Shown here in pieces: positions 29,001 through 36,739 of a DNA stretch of 64,000 bases. Source of the stretch: an uncultured archaeon (GTDB taxonomy: Archaea > Asgardarchaeota > Thorarchaeia > Thorarchaeales > Thorarchaeaceae); NCBI GenBank assembly GCA_964558645.1, contig CAZLEV010000008.1:32001-96000 (forward strand), in the 5' to 3' direction. The position numbers and the translations under genes are program-made. Under the pieces are notes generated by a model that had not been told where the DNA came from, did no database searches, and saw only the letters and a list, made by a program, of their open reading frames with translations. The stretch's first letter is position 1. Each line of letters opens with the position of its first letter.

Positions 29001-29471
29001 CCCCTCTTCAACAAGTTTTCTTACCTCAATAGGATTCATATCACGAAGTGCATTGATTCTCTCCTGAGGCATGAACACGAGGGGGTTGTCAACATCAATC
29101 CCCAATCTCTCGACGGCGTTGTTGTGCTCTGCCGCTTTGACTCGCTTGCCGTCAATATAGGCGCGAGGTACTCCATCTCTGTCAATCTTTCTGAGTAGTT
29201 TCTGTGTCTGGCCGTCTGAGACCACAGTCAACTCAATCTCTGCGGAGCTGGCTCCGTAACGAATGAAATCACTCCACTTAGAGTATCTCTTCTCTCGCTG
29301 ATTGGAGCCAAGTGCGAATTTCACCGCATGAAAGATGGATGTCTTCCCTGACCCGTTGGGCCCTGTGATAACAGTGAGACCTGGATCGAACTCCACAGTC
29401 CCCTTGTAGAAGGAGAGGAAGTTCTCTAGCCTGACGCTAGCCAGACGAATCTCAGCCTCACTCAATATCAC
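26097..29471 (-). CDS. SMC-family ATPase, SMC5/6-like
   Basis: LENFLSF, GPNGSGKT, Q-loop FMPQ, long coiled coils with a central hinge, SGGERS, Walker B YALDEID and QFIIFTP. Confidence 0.92.
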   Translation of the reverse strand: MILSEAEIRLASVRLENFLSFYKGTVEFDPGLTVITGPNGSGKTSIFHAVKFALGSNQREKRYSKWSDFIRYGASSAEIELTVVSDGQTQKLLRKIDRDGVPRAYIDGKRVKAAEHNNAVERLGIDVDNPLVFMPQERINALRDMNPIEVRKLVEEGTGLGVLRDRISSQETQVAHDKRRLESAVSEAQVVQQEIELLQKDLKRLFRKRELQATEKELELELKWATIATLEKKLEDTRSETEEREEGLGEVIAESAELEAKRSEEEEKSEAIEERMEKLQREIGNIDARVKEEENRLLRLEDDSKKAGLEVRKLEQEMKNEERKKSKIIADLRRGSNAKEEYMESLKRLKIELEGLEQEQDELEDSMAIFSEWNTKRAEAYGTYKALQGQVESKDVMLRSLRERLQVDEAELESIQSRWGNIWDSLESTDQKDLAKTKSSLENRLATLNEERFRENTRAAQLQKQVEDLRIQLSETSERIPKNVRDLKATLQVHGLTNVFGPVIEMVEADNTLGPAVEAVLRDELAFSFIVTDEAEYALLERLRNQMGASSPIIFLQLDEDGHDEVSLEDEDVRGELWNLVALEKLYERLLSRAFGRIVVAEESRMASRLARKKGITTVSLEGHLVVPENTRTMSYPAREPSGLVSTAPLQSRLEELEKQRKVASKRVTEIIAELEKVTEEREEVVELLSHFTRWGRTWEKRKELMEGIPELQERVVATDDELKDLQRQFGIAERELRALDNTQPPERSRLVGKQRAIRMKQKRLQQDLSQAEANLNATERDEALKRQELKNIEEDTVMLSNRLEELRAEMKKSKSSARTILDTIETLKTGREKVEEELTSVRSELQTSRDVIRELAEQLVELNLSIKNSQLQVLQLKRQMSNMEIELDETRKALEGEECPEGVRPLEDVRQELVRVRAILDDYQDVSEVLAQNESKLKQRLVELTMKVEEIREELEEAEEAVRDIRTQYHNGMNETLREVEDEVNDILSTVKFAAEVRFELSMNDGEYGVDFKSRIKSEEYKEISAGSGGERSLIAIGLILALQRFNPAPVYALDEIDTFLDATNTEMVSMLLHDSSRRSQFIIFTPAKSTHLLKHADRRIGVVSPKGTEPSVIIESPRFEGQ

Positions 29472-29480
29472 ATACTACTC

Positions 29481-30551
29481 CTATCTTCCCATTATCCTTG
29501 CTAGTCGGTCGTGAGTCTTCTTTGCCCTCAGCAATCGTGTAAGCCTTTCTTCTGAATCTCCCTGAAGAAGGAACGGATATCTGTTCAGTATATCCAAGTC
29601 GTCGTTAGATAGAGGCAGGTTTGAATTCAGGGTTTCGATGACACCCTGGGTCTTGTGATACTCTTCTCCCACAGCCAACAGATAGAGCTGATCCAGGAAG
29701 TCATCTGGATACAGAGCCTGGGTCCGGTCAATCTCTTGTCGGGGTCGAGTCTCTACTTTTCGCGAGAGTCGCTTCAAATCTGAAACATTGCCGACCGGCT
29801 GGATGCCCGTAGTTTCTAGAAGGTTCTCTAACTTCTCCAATGTCATATGATTCGTTTCTGCGGGCGGATTGAGTAGCAGGCCTACCGCCAGGTGTTTCAA
29901 ATCTGCAAAGCTCCAGCCCTTGGTCGCATCTGTTACGATTGCCAAATCGATATCCTCTCTGTCTTTGAAGAATTGCTCGAAGAACCTAGTCCGATCTTCG
30001 GCATTGGGCTCCTCCAACATAATCGTCCTGTCAAACTGCAGTGCAAGTTCGGGAGGTAGTTCTTTGGGGCGGGTCACGGCAGCAACCACAAGGGTCTCAT
30101 CTCCATCCCATGTGGTCTCTTCCAGCTCACTTCTCAGTATTGATATGACATCATCGTTTCGTCTGAGTACTGACTCAAAGTGTCGGATATAAAGAATGAC
30201 TGGTGCATTTCTTCTTGCATACTCGAATACTGCCCTAATCGACTGGACTGCTTCACCTACGTCGGCTGATAGTAAGGCAAGTGAAACAGTAGCGAGTTTC
30301 AGGGGGATTTCTTTTGCTAGATGAAATGCATATGCACCGAAGTCTGTCCCTGGGGGGCCTACCAGAAGGATTCTTCCTCCAAAGAGTAACCCCATCGCAT
30401 CAAGTTGTTCCGTCATCATCGAGTAGTTGTCTATGACTGTCCTCATCAGTTCCGCCTGTCTAACGACACTGAACTGGCTGTGGCGCTGGGTCGGCAATTC
30501 CTCTGGATTCTTTATCTCGATGAGTTCGGAATAGGAAGTTTCTGAGCCCAA
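29481..30551 (-). CDS. CDC48/PAN-clade AAA+ domain protein, catalytically degenerate
   Basis: Classic AAA layout (RILLVGPPGT, VGEA...IRAVFEYARRNAP, VVAAVTRP, FDRTI, TKGWSFADL). Walker A GKT is replaced by DFG and Walker B DE by RH. Confidence 0.8.
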   Translation of the reverse strand: MGSETSYSELIEIKNPEELPTQRHSQFSVVRQAELMRTVIDNYSMMTEQLDAMGLLFGGRILLVGPPGTDFGAYAFHLAKEIPLKLATVSLALLSADVGEAVQSIRAVFEYARRNAPVILYIRHFESVLRRNDDVISILRSELEETTWDGDETLVVAAVTRPKELPPELALQFDRTIMLEEPNAEDRTRFFEQFFKDREDIDLAIVTDATKGWSFADLKHLAVGLLLNPPAETNHMTLEKLENLLETTGIQPVGNVSDLKRLSRKVETRPRQEIDRTQALYPDDFLDQLYLLAVGEEYHKTQGVIETLNSNLPLSNDDLDILNRYPFLLQGDSEERLTRLLRAKKTHDRLARIMGR

Positions 30552-30729
30552 TTCTGATGCCCCATTTAGTATCTTCTATGCTCACCTAATATCCCCATAT
30601 TACATCTTCGGAGCTAACATAATTCCGCGCCTTCCGAGAAATGATTCGGAAGGTTTCTTTCATGGTCTGACCATAGTATCAATAAGCAGAACTAAGAGAT
30701 GAAACTCATTACGGTGAGAGTGACACTAT

Positions 30730-32436
30730 ATGGCCAGTCGAAATGAGCTTCTCAGAGAGAAGGTCTGGAACGTAATCGGAACGGTGGAGAGCAGAGGGCT
30801 TTTCGTACACTCAGAAGACCTGCCGATACGGTACAATCCATCTGGAGGAGCCTCTACCAAGAAGTCTAGCCTTCCTCTGATCGTTGGCGCATGCGTGTTG
30901 AATTCGCTGGTGCCTAGGTCTGCTATGTTACTTGTCGGCGGCCATGGTGGCGGGAAGACTACTCTCATCAAGCTGCTGGGTCGGATGATGACAGGAAGCA
31001 GCATAGACCAGATCGAAGAGGGTATTCTTCACGGGCATCCTCAGCTCACTGAGGAGAAGATGGTAGCTACTCTCAAACCGGGCCCTCTCATGAAGGAGGG
31101 CAAAGAGGTTGTTGTGTGGCGAAGGTTTGTGACAGGTTTCTGGAAGATTCTGGATGAGATCAACCGACTGACACCACACGCTCAGAACATCCTGCTCTCT
31201 ATGCTTGCGGAGGGAGAACTGAAGTACTATGATGAGGTCAAGAGATGTGAGGAGTATTGCCTTTACGCAACCATGAATCCATCTGATTCCGGAACTTTCG
31301 ACTTGGCACCTCCCTTCTTGGACAGGTTTGGCATCGCCGTTCCCATAACAATGCCTTCAGTTGACGACTTGGAGTTGATTCTTGCTTCTCGCGACGAGAA
31401 GCTCTTCGGATACGATGAGCTCTGGCAAGTTCCTGCAATCCTCGAAGTTGAAGACCTCTTGACAATCTGGAATCTTGCCGACAAGATGCCTGTGGTCTCT
31501 GAGGCATCAGAATTCATGAGGGCTCTAGTGAGAGAGTTCGGCGCATGCATTCGTGTGGACAAGAGCCAAGTCCAAGATCCCAACATCGATTCCGGATTAT
31601 GCGATGGCTGTCACTTCAATACTGCCAAGAGTGTCTGCAACAAAGTACTGATACCTCTCTCAGTTCGAGCTGCCAAAGATCTGAATCGCTACTCAAAGGC
31701 GGCAGCCTGGCTTTTTGGAGCAAGTGAGGTGAACGTCGAGATTGTGAAATCCATAGCTCCCCTCGTCTTCTGGCACAGGACCAGCTTCAGTCGTGAGGAG
31801 ATTGCAAAGCCACCCTTCTACGGCAATCAGTTCCAATTCACACAACATCTTGTGGAACTCGCGTCCGCTCGTTTTGCCAAGAGAGCGGCTGCTTTCGCAT
31901 TGATTGAGAAGTTCAAGCACGGGAAGGCTTCAAAGAAAGACCTCGACGAACTGCGAGAGATGTCAAAGAGCGACTTGCTCGTGAAACTCGACTACGTCCG
32001 ATTCGCCAAGGAGTTGACAAGGTCTGCCTACGTGAAGATGGTTCGACGCATTGAAGAAAGCATTGATGATGAAGACATTGAAGATCTGACTGAGATTCAC
32101 GAGGTATTGATGAGAGACGCAGATTTTCCCAACAGGAGTATGCTGCTTGGCAAAGTATCAGATGCCCTTCACCGTCTAACTCTTTCGCAGTTCAATCTCA
32201 CATTCGAAGATTGGCAGGACTTGTGGACGATGATTAGCCTGCAGTACCCGAAGATGACTTCTGTTCTGAAGGAAACACTCAGTCCTCCTAGGAGGAAAGT
32301 AATCAGGACAAATCAACTCACATTGGTAGTATATGTGACTGGGGACTCTCCAGATTCATCAGTCTTTCTTGAGGTTTCGGGCGGTTCAAAGGCTGTAGAG
32401 CTTCGTCAGATGATTCAGGACACACTCGGTGACTAG
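30730..32436 (+). CDS. MoxR-family AAA+ ATPase with Cys-rich insert and C-terminal extension
   Basis: GGHGGGKTT, ILDEINRL, QNILLSML, ATMNP, FLDRF and LSVRA motifs. Confidence 0.85.
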   Translation: MASRNELLREKVWNVIGTVESRGLFVHSEDLPIRYNPSGGASTKKSSLPLIVGACVLNSLVPRSAMLLVGGHGGGKTTLIKLLGRMMTGSSIDQIEEGILHGHPQLTEEKMVATLKPGPLMKEGKEVVVWRRFVTGFWKILDEINRLTPHAQNILLSMLAEGELKYYDEVKRCEEYCLYATMNPSDSGTFDLAPPFLDRFGIAVPITMPSVDDLELILASRDEKLFGYDELWQVPAILEVEDLLTIWNLADKMPVVSEASEFMRALVREFGACIRVDKSQVQDPNIDSGLCDGCHFNTAKSVCNKVLIPLSVRAAKDLNRYSKAAAWLFGASEVNVEIVKSIAPLVFWHRTSFSREEIAKPPFYGNQFQFTQHLVELASARFAKRAAAFALIEKFKHGKASKKDLDELREMSKSDLLVKLDYVRFAKELTRSAYVKMVRRIEESIDDEDIEDLTEIHEVLMRDADFPNRSMLLGKVSDALHRLTLSQFNLTFEDWQDLWTMISLQYPKMTSVLKETLSPPRRKVIRTNQLTLVVYVTGDSPDSSVFLEVSGGSKAVELRQMIQDTLGD

Positions 32437-32447
32437 GATGTGACGCC

Positions 32448-34163
32448 ATGAGTTCGAAGAAGGCATTGACACCGACAGTACTACTCGAACTGGCAAGCGG
32501 TGCCTGGGCTCAAGCAAGTGCAGATTTCTATCACCCACCGCTCCCCGATCCAGTGATTGAGCATAATCAAGATGTAAGCAGCTACTTTTACATCGACTCA
32601 TCAACATGGACCGTGCATCTCAATGTGGCCGGAATTCCATCAGAGATGGACTCTGGATCTGCGGTACAGCATCTCAGGTCTCTTAGTCACCACGAGATCG
32701 AGCATTATCTCTTGTGTCCCTATGATGGTGTTACCAACGGCATGATGTTCGCAGCGGCTCGGAAGCATGTGAATGATGCAACCGCGATGTTTGCATGCAA
32801 CCTCTTTGCTGACTTGGTTGTAGACTCTACGCTTCTGCGTCGATATCCCATGCTCACGCGGCGAAGGATTGCGAAATCAATATCCCATGCCGCAGATCGA
32901 GTTTCAGAGCATTCTTCTCTCTGGCTATTGATAATCGCCTGTTACAAAGAGAAATGGCTTTTCGAAATACCCTCACAAGCTGATATTGATGAGGGAACTC
33001 TCACTGCTGCAAAAGAAGTCGTGAGAGTGGCGGACCGATATATCTCAAGAGAGCGGCGTTGGCCTTTCGCTGTTGGGAAGATTGCCAAGATTATCTCGGA
33101 ATGGATGCCTCGAGAAGATGAACAACTCGCAGGGTGTGGTCATCCTGTTGATGGCCAGAAAGACAGCAATGATGGACTGCTACTGCCGTTTGATGTTGAC
33201 ATCATGATGGGCAACCCCTTAGAGGTCAGAAACGGGGATCTGGCTCGCAGATGTATGGACCGAGATGAATCTCCTCAGATAGAGGACGAGATGGAGCGTC
33301 TGGCACTTGAGGTTGTCGAGCGGGATGGCAATCTCAATGACCTTCATATTGTATTCCAACTTGCTGGAATCGGAGTCAAGGGACGTAAGTGGCTTCGATT
33401 CTGGTACCGTGCGAATGTCAGAACGGGGCTCAGGATTGAGGTCTTTGAGAAGAGAAGCTCGGGGCTGACACCTCTGACTCCGCAGGTCTGGCGTCTTGGT
33501 GACCCTGTAGAAGAGCTTGATATTGTCCAGTCATTGCAGGCCTTTCCGGTGCTGATTCCAAATATGTCCACGCGGCGATGGCTGCACTCTGAGGGGCAAG
33601 GCATGGAGGAGTCCATCAAGGTGCCAGATCTGCTGATTGTTATTGATTCGAGCGGTTCCATGACGTGGTCTACCACAAAGAAGAAGGCATCAGGGCCTTA
33701 TCATTCGGCATTGCTGGCTGCATTTGCCGCAATCGACTACATCATGAGGAGAGGTCAACAGATAGCGGTGATCAATTTCTCTGACGATACCCGAAGCTGC
33801 ACTTGGACCCGTGATAGGAGAACTGTGGAAGACATTTTACTGTCATATCAGGGCGGAGGTACTGTTGCACCAATCGGAGATATCGAGTCGCTCTGCGCCG
33901 AGGCTGATAATCCCGTCTTGGTGTTCATGATTACTGACGCCGAGATTGCGAACTGGCAGAATCTCATGGAAATGACCCAAACACTAAGCAAACAGGGGCA
34001 CCATCTCTACTTGTTCCATGTTGGAGCGGGAAGCACTAGGCGTCAGGATCCGGTCAGAGTTGAATTGGAGAAGGCCGGTGCTTCTGTCTTTGCTATCAGT
34101 TCTCCTGACGACCTTGTGGGACTAGTAGTCCGAGAGGTTAGAACTGCCTACGGTGTCGGGTGA
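32448..34163 (+). CDS. VWA-domain protein with N-terminal HExxH putative metallopeptidase domain
   Basis: HHEIEH motif; MIDAS DSSGSM...GGGT...ITDAE; immediately downstream of MoxR. Confidence 0.85.
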   Translation: MSSKKALTPTVLLELASGAWAQASADFYHPPLPDPVIEHNQDVSSYFYIDSSTWTVHLNVAGIPSEMDSGSAVQHLRSLSHHEIEHYLLCPYDGVTNGMMFAAARKHVNDATAMFACNLFADLVVDSTLLRRYPMLTRRRIAKSISHAADRVSEHSSLWLLIIACYKEKWLFEIPSQADIDEGTLTAAKEVVRVADRYISRERRWPFAVGKIAKIISEWMPREDEQLAGCGHPVDGQKDSNDGLLLPFDVDIMMGNPLEVRNGDLARRCMDRDESPQIEDEMERLALEVVERDGNLNDLHIVFQLAGIGVKGRKWLRFWYRANVRTGLRIEVFEKRSSGLTPLTPQVWRLGDPVEELDIVQSLQAFPVLIPNMSTRRWLHSEGQGMEESIKVPDLLIVIDSSGSMTWSTTKKKASGPYHSALLAAFAAIDYIMRRGQQIAVINFSDDTRSCTWTRDRRTVEDILLSYQGGGTVAPIGDIESLCAEADNPVLVFMITDAEIANWQNLMEMTQTLSKQGHHLYLFHVGAGSTRRQDPVRVELEKAGASVFAISSPDDLVGLVVREVRTAYGVG

Positions 34164-34298
34164 CCGGGGAGAAACACATTTGTGTGGGTTATTTTTTGGC
34201 AAGCGAATTACAACCCAAACTCTTATCACTTCCACAAAGACGCTTCGCAAAGAGGACAAGGTTCTCTTCATGGACGCATCTTACGAGGCAGTCACAAA

Positions 34299-35144
34299 AT
34301 GCCCTACCAAATCAAATCCAAACAGGTTCTTAATCCCGTCATAAAGCTCATGGTTATCCACGCCCCGGATATTGCTGCTGTATGCAAGCCTGGCCAGTTT
34401 GTCATCTTGCGGGTGAACGAAACTGGCGAGAGGTTCCCGCTCACCATCGCTGATTTTGACAGAGAAGAGGGAGATATCACCATAGTCTTTCAGGAAGTTG
34501 GTAAGTCAACCAAGTTGCTTGGTTCTCTGGAACCGGGAGATGAGATACTCGACTTCGTTGGTCCTCTCGGCCGGCCTAGTCCTACAGACAAGCATTACGG
34601 AACGGTGGTGGCAATCGGGGGTGGCTGTGGGAGTGCAATCTGCTATCCCGTTGCGCGGGCATTCAAAGAGGCTGGGAACTACCTCATCACAATCAATGGT
34701 GCACGGAGCATGGGCCTCCTCTTGTTCCGAGAGGAGATGGAGGCGATCAGCGACGAATCCTACGAAACAACTGACGATGGGTCGTGTGGAGTACACGGAT
34801 TCGTGACCACGGTTCTAGGGGATCTGATCCAGAAGGGGAGGAAGATCGATTTGGTGTTTGCAGTTGGGCCAGTTCCTATGATGAAGTTTGTCAGCAGGAC
34901 CACCAAACCAGCAGGAATCAAGACTCTGGTTTCATTGAACAGCATAATGGTTGATGGCACCGGGATGTGTGGTGCCTGCCGTGTGACTGTCGACGGCCAG
35001 ATGAAGTTTACTTGTGTTGACGGGCCCGAGTTTGATGGACATGGAGTGGACTATGACGAGCTCATGGGACGCCTCAATGCCTACCTGGATCAAGAGGCTG
35101 TTGCGATGGAACGCCTGAACAAGGAAACAGGAGGAACAGAATAA
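34299..35144 (+). CDS. nfnA: NfnA/SudB: electron-bifurcating transhydrogenase small subunit (FAD, 2Fe-2S)
   Basis: PGQFVILR..GERFPLTI, GPLG and MVDGTGMCGACRV...CVDGPEF motifs. Likely start at 34299 (track 34182). Confidence 0.9.
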   Translation: MPYQIKSKQVLNPVIKLMVIHAPDIAAVCKPGQFVILRVNETGERFPLTIADFDREEGDITIVFQEVGKSTKLLGSLEPGDEILDFVGPLGRPSPTDKHYGTVVAIGGGCGSAICYPVARAFKEAGNYLITINGARSMGLLLFREEMEAISDESYETTDDGSCGVHGFVTTVLGDLIQKGRKIDLVFAVGPVPMMKFVSRTTKPAGIKTLVSLNSIMVDGTGMCGACRVTVDGQMKFTCVDGPEFDGHGVDYDELMGRLNAYLDQEAVAMERLNKETGGTE

Positions 35145-36604
35145 TGGCCGACGACAAGAAGAAGCGTGAGCGCAAGCCTCCCACCCGAAAGGTGCCGATG
35201 CCCGAACAGGATCCCAGTGCAAGAGTACAGAACTTCAACGAGGTTGCCCTGGGCTATACTCCTGAACAGGCGATGGAGGAGGCCAAGAAATGTATCCAAT
35301 GTCGTAATCCACGATGCGTCAGCGGCTGCCCTGTTGAAGTCCCTATTCGCGAGTTTGTGAACCTTATCAGAGAGGGCAAATTCATGGAAGCGGCGGCCAA
35401 GATAAAAGAGACCAACAGTCTGCCAGCTGTCTGTGGTCGAGTATGTCCGCAAGAGACTCAGTGCGAACAGAGCTGTATCTACGGTATACGCAATGAACCA
35501 ATAGCCATTGGACGACTCGAACGTTTTGTTTCGGACTATGCCATGGAAAAGGGCGAGCCGATTCCAGACATAACTAAGAAGATAGGGAAGAAGGTTGCAG
35601 TTGTGGGAGCTGGTCCTGCTGGACTAACATGTGCAGGTGACTTGGTGAAACTCGGGTATGATGTCCATGTGTTTGAGGCGTTTCACAAACCTGGTGGAGT
35701 ATTGATGTACGGCATCCCTGAGTTCAGACTTCCGAAGGACACAGTTGAAGCCGAGGTTGAATACCTGGAGAAGATGGGTGTCAAGTTCAGGTACAACTAT
35801 GTTGTTGGTAAGATTCGAACGGTTGATCAACTCATGGAAGAGGACGGATTCGCTGCAGTCTTCATCGGAACAGGTGCAGGGGCACCCAACTTCCTCAGGA
35901 TAGAGGGGATGAACTTCATTGATGTATTCTCTGCAAATGAGATTCTCACACGTGTGAACCTAATGCGTGGCTACAAGTTTCCTGAATACGACACTCCTGT
36001 AAGAGTTGGGAACAAAGTCGCAGTCATCGGGGGTGGCAATGTCGCAATGGACGCTGCTAGAACAGCCCTGAGATTGGGAGCTGGAGAAGTCTACATTGTC
36101 TACCGACGGGCTCGTGAGCAGATGCCGGCTCGAGCTGAAGAAATCCATCATGCCGAGGAGGAAGGAATCCAACTCAAACTCCTCCTGAATCCCACTGAGA
36201 TCCATGGGGATGACCAGAATCATGTAATCGGCATGAGTTGTGTGCGTATGGAGTTGGGGGAGCCCGATGCCTCGGGAAGAAAGCGCCCGGTCCCCATACC
36301 CAATTCAGAGTTCGTTCTTGATGTTGATACCGTGATCGTTGCAATCGGCAACTCTCCCAATCCAATCGTTCCTGAGAGCATTCCGGGCTTAGAACTCACT
36401 AAATGGGGCACAATCGTTGTGGATGAAGAAACTGGGATGTCTAGCCGTGAAGGCATCTTCGCTGGCGGTGATATTGTCACAGGTGCTGCAACAGTCATAA
36501 GTGCTATGGGTGCGGGGAAGAAGGCTGCTCGAGGTATTCACAGATATCTGTCCGGCGATGGGGCTGGGCAAGAAGCAGACGATGGTGTTCTGGTAAAGGA
36601 TTGA
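35144..36604 (+). CDS. nfnB: NfnB/SudA: NADH-dependent reduced ferredoxin:NADP+ oxidoreductase large subunit (GltD-like)
   Basis: CIQC...CVSGCPV, CGRVCPQETQCE, GAGPAGL, YGIPEFRLPK and GGGNVAMDAAR motifs; coupled to nfnA. Confidence 0.9.
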   Translation: MADDKKKRERKPPTRKVPMPEQDPSARVQNFNEVALGYTPEQAMEEAKKCIQCRNPRCVSGCPVEVPIREFVNLIREGKFMEAAAKIKETNSLPAVCGRVCPQETQCEQSCIYGIRNEPIAIGRLERFVSDYAMEKGEPIPDITKKIGKKVAVVGAGPAGLTCAGDLVKLGYDVHVFEAFHKPGGVLMYGIPEFRLPKDTVEAEVEYLEKMGVKFRYNYVVGKIRTVDQLMEEDGFAAVFIGTGAGAPNFLRIEGMNFIDVFSANEILTRVNLMRGYKFPEYDTPVRVGNKVAVIGGGNVAMDAARTALRLGAGEVYIVYRRAREQMPARAEEIHHAEEEGIQLKLLLNPTEIHGDDQNHVIGMSCVRMELGEPDASGRKRPVPIPNSEFVLDVDTVIVAIGNSPNPIVPESIPGLELTKWGTIVVDEETGMSSREGIFAGGDIVTGAATVISAMGAGKKAARGIHRYLSGDGAGQEADDGVLVKD

Positions 36605-36739
36605 GTTGATTCGAAAGACGAGAACAGGACTGGAAAGCTCGAGTGGACCTTGACTGGTCTCTCTTGTTCTCTTCAGGAAGGCTTTCCTCTGGCTCAAAAG
36701 AGTTCTTTAGTAACATCTGTTTGTCTGGTTGTGCCGAGG

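Noticed and set aside
24510-29471. Wadjet (JetABCD) or MukBEF defence system
   Set aside because: There is no JetD/Toprim nuclease, the gene order differs, and the SMC has an Smc-type globular hinge and SMC5/6-like head motifs.
35144-36604. Glutamate synthase small subunit (gltD)
   Set aside because: It is coupled to an NfnA/SudB-type gene and there is no gltB nearby, so NfnAB fits better.
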